A stretch of DNA of 64,000 nucleotides from Candidatus Hydrogenedentota bacterium. GTDB lineage: Bacteria > Hydrogenedentota > Hydrogenedentia > Hydrogenedentales > SLHB01. The stretch spans positions 192,001 to 256,000 of the forward strand of contig CAXXTH010000010.1 of assembly GCA_963668025.2 (NCBI GenBank), given 5' to 3'. This document shows, in pieces, positions 1 to 9,741 of the stretch. Each line of letters begins with the position of its first letter. Position 1 is the stretch's first letter. The notes under the pieces are model-generated. The model did not search any database. It worked only from the letters and a program-made list of their open reading frames with translations, and was not told where the DNA came from. The translations under genes were made by a program, and so were the position numbers.

Positions 1-117
1 ATCACTCGCGGTTTGCGGTAATGGGCCAGGTTTGTTACATTCTGTACAAGATTTTGTGGGATTCTACCATAATCGAGCCGCATATAGCGCTGAATCCCTT
101 TGGATGCTGGGGAGACC

Positions 118-1116
<999 letters not shown>

Positions 1117-1309
1117 ACTAGTTTGCTAGGGTTTGGCTTTACCCGCCATTCCAAACGGTGGATAATTGAAAAGCACACATCAAACACGCCGTGTTGAATT
1201 TTTTCAGACACACCGGCCACAACGGGATATAGTGGCGGCCAAGGAAAATAAGGGCTATAAACCCATACGAGTGCGCTTTGCTCATCCAAAAAGAACGGTG
1301 GCTACTTGA

Positions 1310-1609
1310 GGGTGCAGCTCTGTTACTACCGATCCATTCGCCTTGCCGAGGGATAGCCGCTGCTTAGTTGGAGCCATTCTTGGGCGCGCGGATGAACCAA
1401 AATACATGGTGGATTTGCCCCACCATCTAATAACATTTGTTGTATAAAACCCCATAAACTACCTTGTTGTCATTCCCGCGAAAGCGGGAATCCAGTGCAA
1501 ATTCTCTGGATCTCCGCGTTCGCGGGGATGACAGGTAGGCGGTTTTACGGTATTTCAATACGTACGCATGATATATTCTTCCAGGAGCGGTAGTAACAGA
1601 GCTGCATCC
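1310..1609. mobile_element. MITE (non-autonomous element, ~300 bp)
   Basis: 26-bp terminal inverted repeats GGGTGCAGCTCTGTTACTACCGATCC / GGATGCAGCTCTGTTACTACCGCTCC (24/26); flanks CTACTTGA and TTACTTGA (TACTTG duplicated exactly); no ORF inside. Confidence 0.85.
1459..1538. repeat. dRS3/REP-like palindromic element nested in the MITE
   Basis: GTCATTCCCGCGAAAGCGGGAATCCAG ... CTGGATCTCCGCGTTCGCGGGGATGAC double hairpin (ATTCCC-N8-GGGAAT core). Confidence 0.8.
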
Positions 1610-1638
1610 TTACTTGAAAATATAGGAGTGAATCAACC

Positions 1639-2208
1639 ATGGAACTATTTGAAGCCATTCAGAATCGCCACAGTTATCGCGGCCCTTTCCTGGACCAGCC
1701 TGTCCCACGTGAAGATTTGCGCCGCATTGTCCATGCCGGGCTAATGGCCCCTTCGGGCTGTAATGCCCAGACCACCAATTTCGTAATCGTGGATGACGCG
1801 GCGATGGTGAAGACAATCAACCAGCTTCCCGGGGCCAACATGGCCATGCAGCAGGCGAAGGCCTATATCACGTGCATCATCGATGTGAAACCGAAAGCCG
1901 TCTACGAAAGCTTTGATTTCCAACTGGAAGACTGCGCGGCGGCAGTCGAGAACATGATGCTGGCCATTACCGCGCTAGGTTACGCCACGGTGTGGGTGGA
2001 TGGCTGGCTCCTCCAGCAAAACCGCGCACAGGTAATTGGCGAGATGCTTGACGTGCCGGAGAGCAAACGGATTCTCGTCATTCTACCCATAGGCCGTCCC
2101 GCGGAAACTCCTTCCGCGCGCGAGAAAATGCCTTTTGAATCCCGCGCATGGTTCAATCAATTTGGCAGCTCCAAATGGGTGCTCCCTCAATATGATAACC
2201 TCAATTGA
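1639..2208 (+). CDS. nitroreductase family protein (C-terminus extended by IS insertion)
   Basis: AIQNRHSYR, APSGCNAQ and AAVENMMLAITALGYATVW motifs; the last 10 codons are read from IS DNA. Confidence 0.9.
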   Translation: MELFEAIQNRHSYRGPFLDQPVPREDLRRIVHAGLMAPSGCNAQTTNFVIVDDAAMVKTINQLPGANMAMQQAKAYITCIIDVKPKAVYESFDFQLEDCAAAVENMMLAITALGYATVWVDGWLLQQNRAQVIGEMLDVPESKRILVILPIGRPAETPSAREKMPFESRAWFNQFGSSKWVLPQYDNLN

Positions 2209-3546
2209 CCCCGTGGCGGGCCACGTGTTGCCAGAACTGGTCCCAACGGCCCTCGGTCATCTCCAGCGACCTGAGCGCGATCACCGCGCTCGCGCCCGCT
2301 TCCTTCCACCGCATCCCGGAGCATGCCAGGCGTTGCTTGATCAGCGTCTTGCACGCCGCCTCCGTCACTCCGCTGCCGATGGGAAGGCGCTCCGCCGTGT
2401 GCCGCCAGTATTGCATCTTCGAGCGGTGATTGCCGAAGTAGGTGATCGCCTTGCCGAGTTCCTCGCGGCAAGCCTGGGCGCGCACGCTTGGCAAGCTCGC
2501 CTTCATCTCCTCCAGCAAGCGTCCGGCTGCGCCCCTCGTGTGCTTCAGCCGGTGACTCCAGTCCGCCTCCCACTCCCGGCGGCGCGCGCCATGACCGTGA
2601 ATCGCCTCCGCCGCCTTCCCCACGTATTCCCGCGCGTGATAGAAATCCAGCATCTGCCGGTCCGTGCGCGGCGTCAAAAACTTCCAGTTGTCCGGCGCGC
2701 CGTCGGCCAGGCCGATATACAGCGCCGCCGGGTGCCTCGCCCTCACGCGCTCCACCTCGCGGCCGAAGCGCTCGAGGAAAGTCTGCTTGCCGTACTCGGG
2801 CGATGCGCCCGCGTAGATCGTGTGCAGCCGCTCCCCGTCCTTGTCGTACAGGCTGATGGACCCGCACATCGCCTGACGCCAGCCGTCCTCCCTGAGCAGC
2901 ATGCAGGTGCCGTCCAGGCCCACGGCCACCGACGCGACCGGCCTGTCCAATTCCGGCAGCTCGTACTCCCACGTCTCCTCCCTGGCCTGCGCCAGGGCGC
3001 CCACAAAATCGCCGATCTTCTTCACATAGTCGCGCGAGATTGCGCGGCCTGTCGACTCGAGCAGGTCGCGGCGCATGACATCGGCGCCCATGCGGGAGTA
3101 TTTTCCGCTGACGATCCGGGCGTAGCGCGGCGTGGCGTTCATGACCATTCGCGCGTCCCGCTCCAGCGGGCAGAAGGTGCGCCCGCCCGTGGCGGTGTTC
3201 TGGTAGACGTGCCGCTCGACGCGGACCGGGCCGTGGGGCGTCTCGTAGGTCTGGCCGAAGCGCCCCTTGGTTTTGAAGGTGGTGGCGCCGACGCGGATGG
3301 GCGAGCCGTCTGTGTCGAAACGGGCCAGGGCCTCGGCCATGACTGCGCGCCCCACCCCGTTCAGGGCCTCCTGGACCGCCTCCTCCATATCGAGCATCGA
3401 ACCACGCAGCCTCAGCGAGAAACTCACCTCGAACGTGTCGCCGTCGCGCCTTGTCACCATCGCTGCCATCGGTCTTCCTCCGTTAAGGGTCCGGCATACT
3501 TATCGACCCGACACGAGGATTTCTTTAGCATTCTGCGGGAACACCC
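2177..3546 (-). mobile_element. ISKra4-family insertion sequence
   Basis: TIRs GGGTGCTCCCTCAATATG / GGGTGTTCCCGCAGAATG; 8-bp target duplication CTCCAAAT at 2169-2176 and 3547-3554. Confidence 0.9.
2201..3469 (-). CDS. ISKra4-family DDE transposase
   Basis: GLDGT, LADGA, LDFYHAREY and LPIGSGVTEAACKTLIKQRL...SGMRW motifs. Confidence 0.9.
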   Translation of the reverse strand: MAAMVTRRDGDTFEVSFSLRLRGSMLDMEEAVQEALNGVGRAVMAEALARFDTDGSPIRVGATTFKTKGRFGQTYETPHGPVRVERHVYQNTATGGRTFCPLERDARMVMNATPRYARIVSGKYSRMGADVMRRDLLESTGRAISRDYVKKIGDFVGALAQAREETWEYELPELDRPVASVAVGLDGTCMLLREDGWRQAMCGSISLYDKDGERLHTIYAGASPEYGKQTFLERFGREVERVRARHPAALYIGLADGAPDNWKFLTPRTDRQMLDFYHAREYVGKAAEAIHGHGARRREWEADWSHRLKHTRGAAGRLLEEMKASLPSVRAQACREELGKAITYFGNHRSKMQYWRHTAERLPIGSGVTEAACKTLIKQRLACSGMRWKEAGASAVIALRSLEMTEGRWDQFWQHVARHGVN

Positions 3547-3605
3547 CTCCAAATAGCATGAGAAATGCCGCCCGCCTTGGGCGGACTGTTTGGCCGGAGA
3601 CGAGG

Positions 3606-4649
3606 CTACTCGAATCCGAAATAGGCGTCGTTTGCGCCCAGCAGTTCGCCTGGCGCGGCGCTTGAACGGAGGAAACGGCATTCTTCCGCGGCGCAGGCAT
3701 GCGGCTGTGGGGTTCGAAGGGCATCCCAGTGCGTTTCGCCATACCAGATATCATGCAGCGGCTGCTCGAAGACATTGCCCAGTGGTTCCGCTGTGTCTTC
3801 ATGGGTGAAATTGCAGCACAAATAGACATCGCCATTGGCATCGAGCATGAGCTGGAGCGGCGTAAGCCAGCACTGGCGGGATACATGGAGCCGGTCGAGC
3901 CCTCCCGTGACGGGCATGCCTGGATATCGCTGGCGCAACGCTTGGAGCGCTTGGACGGCTTCCTCTGACTGTGCGGACGCAAGGGCGTGCGGCCCCAGGC
4001 GCACGGGCTTGAATTGAAGGGAATCGGCTCCCAGCCGGAGGGCCAATTCGGCGCAATCCCCCACTTCGGCGATATTCCGGTTATCCACGGCGATTCGAAG
4101 GCTAATACGCAGCGCCGAATGGCGTTCATTCCGCAAATCCGCCAGTTCCCGCACGTGGGCGCAAACAGCGTCAAACGAGACTTGGGAGCGTTCTTGATGA
4201 GACGCGGCATGTGCGCCGCCCAGCGCTACACGCACATACCGCGCGCTGGAAACAAGCGCTTCCGCCAACGCGCCGGTGCAATAGGCCCCCATCGTGAGCA
4301 TGCCGATAGCCAGGCCATCGGCGCTGGCCACGGGAAGCACCTCCGCCAATTCGGGATAAAGCGCCGGGTCATTCCCACCGCATAGCTCGACGCCCATGAC
4401 GCCCACGGCGCGCAAACTGGCAAGCAGCGCCATCATTCGTTGAGGCTCTAGATAACTATATACTTGGCCATCAAATTCGCGCGGTTCACACCAACGGCTG
4501 TTTTTCCGGCAGGCATGGGCCGGATAAAAGACCGCCGTTCGAGGGGGCGGCATCCGGCCATTGAGAATCATCACGGCTTCATTGAAATGAGTGAGATGGC
4601 GGTATTGATTGTAATCAAACACCCCTAATGGACCAGAAACCGTGCTCAT
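3606..4649 (-). CDS. radical SAM/SPASM-like protein with degenerate CxxxSxxC motif
   Basis: HACRKNSRWC at the radical SAM motif position, CGGNDP (GGEP-like), C-terminal SPASM/twitch CWLTP...DANGDVYLCC...GNVFEQPLHDIW...C. Confidence 0.75.
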   Translation of the reverse strand: MSTVSGPLGVFDYNQYRHLTHFNEAVMILNGRMPPPRTAVFYPAHACRKNSRWCEPREFDGQVYSYLEPQRMMALLASLRAVGVMGVELCGGNDPALYPELAEVLPVASADGLAIGMLTMGAYCTGALAEALVSSARYVRVALGGAHAASHQERSQVSFDAVCAHVRELADLRNERHSALRISLRIAVDNRNIAEVGDCAELALRLGADSLQFKPVRLGPHALASAQSEEAVQALQALRQRYPGMPVTGGLDRLHVSRQCWLTPLQLMLDANGDVYLCCNFTHEDTAEPLGNVFEQPLHDIWYGETHWDALRTPQPHACAAEECRFLRSSAAPGELLGANDAYFGFE

Positions 4650-4726
4650 GATTCACCCTGCGGGAAAATGAAACCGCGCCTGCCCATGCAGTAGCAGCGT
4701 ATTTCTGGTTCAACGCGGAAGCGAGG

Positions 4727-6190
4727 CTAGTTATTCCCAGGGAATCCGGTGAAGGGCCGTTGTTCGCGCGCCCGGAAATAGCCGAAGAAACTCTTGAGCC
4801 CATGCCATTTCGCGCGCACATCAGACATGGAACGGATGTTGCAAAGCATGCGCCACATTTGGGACGGGCGCATATAGAAACCCCGCAGCCCCTCATCGAT
4901 CAAGGCGTTGATCTCTTCCACCTTGAGCATGGGCAGGTTCAGCGTGGTGACCTGTTCATAATCTTTATCCACCCAGTCGCGCCAGTCGCAAGGAATAATG
5001 TAGCCTTGTTCACGCGCCCATGCGTAAAACTCCGTCCCTGGATACGCCACTACCCCGCTGAACTGGGCGGTGTCGATGGGCAATTCCTGTGCCAGGCGGA
5101 TGGTTTTCCGGGCCGTTTCCGGCGTTTCACCAGGCCCGCCAATCATGAAGCATCCATGGACGCGGATGCCCGCCTTGCGGGCATGTTCGGCGAAGCGCCG
5201 CATTTCCTCGACGCTGGTGCCTTTTTTCACATTGCGCAGCACCTGTTCGTCGCCGAATTCGAATCCCACGCAGAGCATGCGGCAGCCCGAACGCTTCATC
5301 AGCTTCAGGGTATCCAGGTCATTCACATCGACCCGCGCATTGGCGCTCCAGGAGATGCCGAACCGGCGCGAGATGAGGGCTTCGCATAACGCTCGAAGGC
5401 GTTCGCGGTTTGCCGGAGAGAGCAGCGTGTCATCCTCGAACATGACCTCGCGCAAATCGGGGAACAGCGACAGGTCATATTCAATTTCCGCGATCACGTT
5501 CTCGACGCTCCGGGCGCGGTATTGCCGGCCAGTCATCACTTGCGGAAGCTGGCAGAACGTACAGCGGCCCCAGCATCCACGCCCGCTGATCAACGTCAGG
5601 AACGGAAATAGCTTGCCCGCGTCGCGGTAGTCCTGGAGATCGATATGCCGCCATGCCGGGAACGGCAGGGCATCAAGCTCCTCGATGTAAGGCCGGCGCG
5701 GATTGCAGCGGTATTGCCCGCCATCCATCCAGGCGATACCCGCGCAATCTCGAAGCGCCACGCCGCTGGCCAAATCCCGCACGGTATAGTCATACTCGCC
5801 AATCGCCACGGCGTCCACCACGCCGTGGGCGCGTTTAAGCGTATCTTCCGGCTCCGCCGACACATGGGGCCCCACCAGCACGTGCTGGGCATGGACGGAT
5901 TCCCGGCACAGCGCCGCCGCGGCGATATCCGCATCAATGGAAGGCGTCGAAGCCTGGTAGATAATCAGATCCGGCGCGAAGGCCTTTATGGCGGGCAGCG
6001 CATCCGGCGTTGGGATATTCTTCGCCTGGGCGTCCAGCAGGAACACCTCATGCCCATCTGCTTCCGCGACGGCGGCGGCGATGCACAAATAATCGGGATG
6101 GCGCTGGACACGGCCCCTCGAGCGCGCGAACCAGCGCGCGGATTTCGTGAAGTCTCTTCCGAACATCGGATTTAGAAACAGAACTCGCAT
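4727..6190 (-). CDS. cobalamin-binding radical SAM protein (HpnJ/BchE-like)
   Basis: N-terminal B12-binding region (GPHVS, GEYDY), GRGCWGRCTFC, FEDDT, GFEFG, FMIGGPGET, YPGT. Confidence 0.88.
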   Translation of the reverse strand: MRVLFLNPMFGRDFTKSARWFARSRGRVQRHPDYLCIAAAVAEADGHEVFLLDAQAKNIPTPDALPAIKAFAPDLIIYQASTPSIDADIAAAALCRESVHAQHVLVGPHVSAEPEDTLKRAHGVVDAVAIGEYDYTVRDLASGVALRDCAGIAWMDGGQYRCNPRRPYIEELDALPFPAWRHIDLQDYRDAGKLFPFLTLISGRGCWGRCTFCQLPQVMTGRQYRARSVENVIAEIEYDLSLFPDLREVMFEDDTLLSPANRERLRALCEALISRRFGISWSANARVDVNDLDTLKLMKRSGCRMLCVGFEFGDEQVLRNVKKGTSVEEMRRFAEHARKAGIRVHGCFMIGGPGETPETARKTIRLAQELPIDTAQFSGVVAYPGTEFYAWAREQGYIIPCDWRDWVDKDYEQVTTLNLPMLKVEEINALIDEGLRGFYMRPSQMWRMLCNIRSMSDVRAKWHGLKSFFGYFRAREQRPFTGFPGNN

Positions 6191-6309
6191 AGCGCCGGTA
6201 TTCTAGCATGCCGGGCCTGGCCCGCGCCTCTTGTTTGAATGGGGTGGAAATATGCTGGCGAAGAGCAGGCGTTCCGCTAAGGCAATCGAACTAAAAACAA
6301 CCCCGAGTT

Positions 6310-6378
6310 GGCCTCAAGAGGCACAAGAAACGCAAAAATAAATGCATTTTTGCGTCTTTTGCGCTATTTGTGGCTCAT
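6310..6378. repeat. imperfect palindromic intergenic repeat
   Basis: GGCCTCAAGAGGCACAAGAAACGCAAAAA ... TTTTTGCGTCTTTTGCGCTATTTGTGGC hairpin with ~9-bp internal periodicity. Confidence 0.55.
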
Positions 6379-6586
6379 TCTCAGGAAATGTGGGGAGTGG
6401 CATTTCAGAAAGGTTTGGACAAACAAACACAAATGCTCTGCTCAGATGGAAAAGCACTGCATTTTTGATGCAATTGCCGAAGCGTCCTGCACTTGAACCA
6501 GCGGGCGCAAAACCGTACCTTGTAATGTATGAACAAAAAGCCGTGGGGTGCGGCTATCCAAAACATGAGGGAGGAGAGTTTGGCGT

Positions 6587-7180
6587 ATGGCCTATTCGAA
6601 ACGCTTGGTGGACGCCTTTGCGATGGCATTTGAGTTGCACGACGGCCAGCAGCGCAAAGGCTCTGATATTCCATATATCACCCATCTGATGGGCGTAGCG
6701 GCATTAGTAGGCGAATATGGCGGAACGGAAGACCAGGTCATCGCCGCGCTCCTGCATGACGCGGTGGAAGATCAGGGCGGCCCGGTCACGCTGTCCTTGA
6801 TTCGCGATGAATTCGGCGATCTCGTGGCGCAATATGTGTATGCATGCAGTGATTCCGACACCTTGCCGAAACCGCCTTGGCGCGAGCGCAAGGACGCCTA
6901 TCTGGCCCGCCTCGCCAGTGAGCCGCCGGATGTGCGGCTGATTAGCGCCGCGGACAAGCTGTTCAATACGCGCTCGATGTACCGGGACTTGAAAGAGATG
7001 GGCAACAGCCTTTGGGAGCGTTTTCATGGAAAACGCGATGGGACGCTTTGGTATCTCAAGGAATGCCTGCGCGCCTTGAGCGATGGATGGAATCATCCTA
7101 TCTTGGAGGCCTTTGAAGAAGCGCTGGCGGCGTTATACGAGGAAGCGGAACGGCATACGCCGGGCCGCCATACCTCGTAA
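6587..7180 (+). CDS. HD-domain hydrolase (small alarmone hydrolase/Mesh1-like)
   Basis: HDGQQRKGSDIPYITH, AALLHDAVED, ADKLFN motifs; no synthetase domain. Confidence 0.88.
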   Translation: MAYSKRLVDAFAMAFELHDGQQRKGSDIPYITHLMGVAALVGEYGGTEDQVIAALLHDAVEDQGGPVTLSLIRDEFGDLVAQYVYACSDSDTLPKPPWRERKDAYLARLASEPPDVRLISAADKLFNTRSMYRDLKEMGNSLWERFHGKRDGTLWYLKECLRALSDGWNHPILEAFEEALAALYEEAERHTPGRHTS

Positions 7181-7327
7181 TCCCATAAGCGGAGGGCGCC
7201 TCTTTTTTCCCGATATCAGAGATGAGGGCAAATTCATATCGTTCTGTTGGGTGCTCTCGTGCGCCATATAAGAGGATTCAACGTTTCCTTTCGACATCAT
7301 GCGGATTGGCCACGCACTTCAGGCGCT

Positions 7328-7549
7328 TCAAAGCTGTTGTTGCAGATCACTTTCAAAAGATGCGAAGAGAGAACTCATTTGTTCCGTGACGGCTTCTGAA
7401 TTTTGGAATTCATCAATGACACCCATCTGGACCAGGATATCGCCTAAAAGTCCTCCTTTCTGGTGTTGCAGGAATAAGGCCGCCCCAAGCTGTATTTTGC
7501 TGATTGCTTCGTGTTCAATGAGGATCTCGCCGAGCATCTTCGCACCCAT
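7328..7549 (-). CDS. small stand-alone MshEN-like protein
   Basis: Tandem xLGxILxxxxxI motifs (MLGEILIEHEAI...Q...LLGDILVQMGVI); GGAGG RBS upstream. Confidence 0.65.
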   Translation of the reverse strand: MGAKMLGEILIEHEAISKIQLGAALFLQHQKGGLLGDILVQMGVIDEFQNSEAVTEQMSSLFASFESDLQQQL

Positions 7550-7747
7550 AGCCCACCTCCTCTAGCAAGCTTACCCATAGACTTGCATCTATATTATATC
7601 TCTAAAAAAGCGTTTTGCCAAGTGGTTTATTCCTAAAAATGCACCCATGGAAGCATTTTAACGGAAAACTTTCCTTCCTCGCGCAATGGATTCCACCTTA
7701 AACTATTAAGGCCTACCGGCTCTTTCCTTGCCTTCAACGCAGGGGCT

Positions 7748-7789
7748 CAAAAAACCAATGGGGCAAGCCCCGTATCGAGGCTTGCCCCA
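7748..7789 (-). terminator. intrinsic terminator after the PEP-CTERM gene
   Basis: 11-bp stem TGGGGCAAGCC/GGCTTGCCCCA followed by a T-rich tract on the minus strand. Confidence 0.75.
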
Positions 7790-7819
7790 GGTAAATGTTG
7801 TCTATGGCGGGAAACGAGA

Positions 7820-8584
7820 TTATGCGATAGAGCGTTTGCGGAAGCGCCGGACTACGAGCGCCGCGATGCCAAGGCCCAGAAGCGACATGGTGGCGGGCTC
7901 GGGCACGACTACTGTCTTCACATTTGAAATCATCAGCACCAAGTCATTGTAATCGTTGTCGGTGCCGTCCTCGAAGGCCAGCATATAGGTGTCTGGATCT
8001 GGGGTCTCGATGACCAGCATGCGCAATAAGCTGCCGGTGTTGAGCGCTTGCTCGGAATAGGAGTAGACGCCTGCGGGGCTCTCATTATATAATCCGAACT
8101 CGCCATCCAAATCCGGAATCGTCGCGGTAAATGTAGACCAGTCAATCCCACGTCGCGGATTATATGTCTCGGTATATTGATCGGCCGGAATCGTAAACAA
8201 TTCGGTAAGCGTCAGCGAATCCGTCGTGCCCACCGGTTGATACGTCCCAAGCTCCTCGGAATTCCATGCTTGCTTTTCAAGCACGGTTACGACCGAGTCA
8301 ATTCCGCCTTCGCCAAGGGTGAAGGTTTGCGCATTTACCTGCTGCAATTCACTACTGCTTGTTAACAACTCGCTGGGCTCCGAGGCAAAGTACTCGTTGT
8401 AAATCTCATACAGATTGAGTTCCCATGTGGAACCGGGCCATTGATTCGTTGCGGCTTCCTGGGCTGTCTGGGCGCGCCACTCGTCACTGATGGCTGCAGG
8501 CGTCCAGATGTCGGCGAATGCGGCATTAGCCAGCAACAGACTGGCGAGCGCTAAGCTCAGGCTTAATGTATGCTTTCTCATCAT
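7820..8584 (-). CDS. PEP-CTERM surface protein with DUF4114-like domain
   Basis: Signal peptide, FEDGTDNDYNDLV motif, C-terminal VPEPATMSLLGLGIAALVVRRFRK; start placed at the ATG after GGAGGAG. Confidence 0.9.
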   Translation of the reverse strand: MMRKHTLSLSLALASLLLANAAFADIWTPAAISDEWRAQTAQEAATNQWPGSTWELNLYEIYNEYFASEPSELLTSSSELQQVNAQTFTLGEGGIDSVVTVLEKQAWNSEELGTYQPVGTTDSLTLTELFTIPADQYTETYNPRRGIDWSTFTATIPDLDGEFGLYNESPAGVYSYSEQALNTGSLLRMLVIETPDPDTYMLAFEDGTDNDYNDLVLMISNVKTVVVPEPATMSLLGLGIAALVVRRFRKRSIA

Positions 8585-8647
8585 TTTCTCCTCCGTACTC
8601 CCTTGATGGGATGCAAACTTGTTCAAGGCTGAATTATGTAAATAGAT

Positions 8648-8664
8648 AACAAGAAGCATGCCAA
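8648..8664 (-). promoter_or_regulatory. putative sigma54 promoter of the PEP-CTERM gene
   Basis: TTGGCATGCTTCTTGTT resembles TGGCACG-N4-TTGC but has GT instead of GC at -12. Confidence 0.45.
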
Positions 8665-8874
8665 TTTTCATAAAATGCATTTAAACCTATATGGGTAAAA
8701 GGTTTACATGCGATTTACGCTTTTGGAGGATTTGATCAAGCGGGAAGGCCTGGAGCAGCAGGAATACGGAGTGTTTATCACATTCGCTACCACATTATTC
8801 AAAAAAGAATAATGTATGATCAGGGCAAGCGGACCAGGCAGTCTGCTTACCCTGAAAAAAGTTATCGCCGGGTG

Positions 8875-9741
8875 CTATCCATTACTGACAAGCCCTAGGT
8901 TTTCAGCGAAACGCCGGAAAAAGCTGGCGCTGCGCGTGGTTGGGGCCGCTGCGCGCTGATGGATGAGGCGCACGGCGAGTTCCTCGACACTCCGGCTCGC
9001 GGGCGCGGTGGGAAACTTGAGCAAGAAGGGATAGGTTTGCATGACACTGCGCGAGACATGCGGATCCCGTGGCACACATCCTAGGTAGGCGGGTTTTCGC
9101 CCCAGATATTGCTGGGCCACAACGCGGAGCTTATCCGCCACGGCTTGGCCTTGCTGCTCGTTGAGGGCCATGTTGACGACGATGTGGATAACAGCGTCTT
9201 CACGGCTCTGATAAATTGTTTTGATCATGGCGTACGCATCCACGATGGACGAAGGTTCTGGCGTGGTCACGATGAGGACTTCATCGGCCGCCGTAGCAAA
9301 TGAAACCGCATTCTGGCCGATGCCGGCCATGGTGTCGATAATGACAAAATCATGGCTGTCTTGGAGTTCTTCCAGGCCGTTGAGGACATTCTGTCGGGCG
9401 CGCGGGCCGAGGTCGGCGATCTTCGATATGCCGGAGCTGCCAGGCACGACATAAATGCCGCCCGGCCCTTCGACCAAGATCTCGAGGATATGCTTTTCCC
9501 CGGTGACGACTTGCTGCAAGTTATAGAGCGAGTTCAACCCGAGGAGCACCTCGACATTCGCCAAGCCCAGATCCGCATCGAGGACAGCGGTGCGCATCGC
9601 TTCCGATGCCAGGGCAATAGCCAAATTCACGCTAAGGCTGGTTTTCCCTACGCCGCCCTTGCCGCCCGAGACGGCGATGACCCGGGCGCTATCCCACTTT
9701 TCGCGCATCATTTCCCGCAGATGTTCAGCTTGATCGTTCAC
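8875..9741 (-). CDS. flhG: flagellar number regulator FlhG/FleN (MinD-like ATPase)
   Basis: N-terminal DQAEHLR, GGKGGVGKT, DADLGLAN, TPEPSSIVDAYA; directly after flhF. Confidence 0.93.
   Translation of the reverse strand: MNDQAEHLREMMREKWDSARVIAVSGGKGGVGKTSLSVNLAIALASEAMRTAVLDADLGLANVEVLLGLNSLYNLQQVVTGEKHILEILVEGPGGIYVVPGSSGISKIADLGPRARQNVLNGLEELQDSHDFVIIDTMAGIGQNAVSFATAADEVLIVTTPEPSSIVDAYAMIKTIYQSREDAVIHIVVNMALNEQQGQAVADKLRVVAQQYLGRKPAYLGCVPRDPHVSRSVMQTYPFLLKFPTAPASRSVEELAVRLIHQRAAAPTTRSASFFRRFAENLGLVSNG

Noticed and set aside
1310-3546. Composite transposon carrying the nitroreductase
   Set aside because: The MITE and the IS each have their own flanking duplication, which indicates independent insertions.
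2135-3556. 473-aa plus-strand ORF
   Set aside because: Antisense shadow of the GC-rich transposase with no recognisable motifs.
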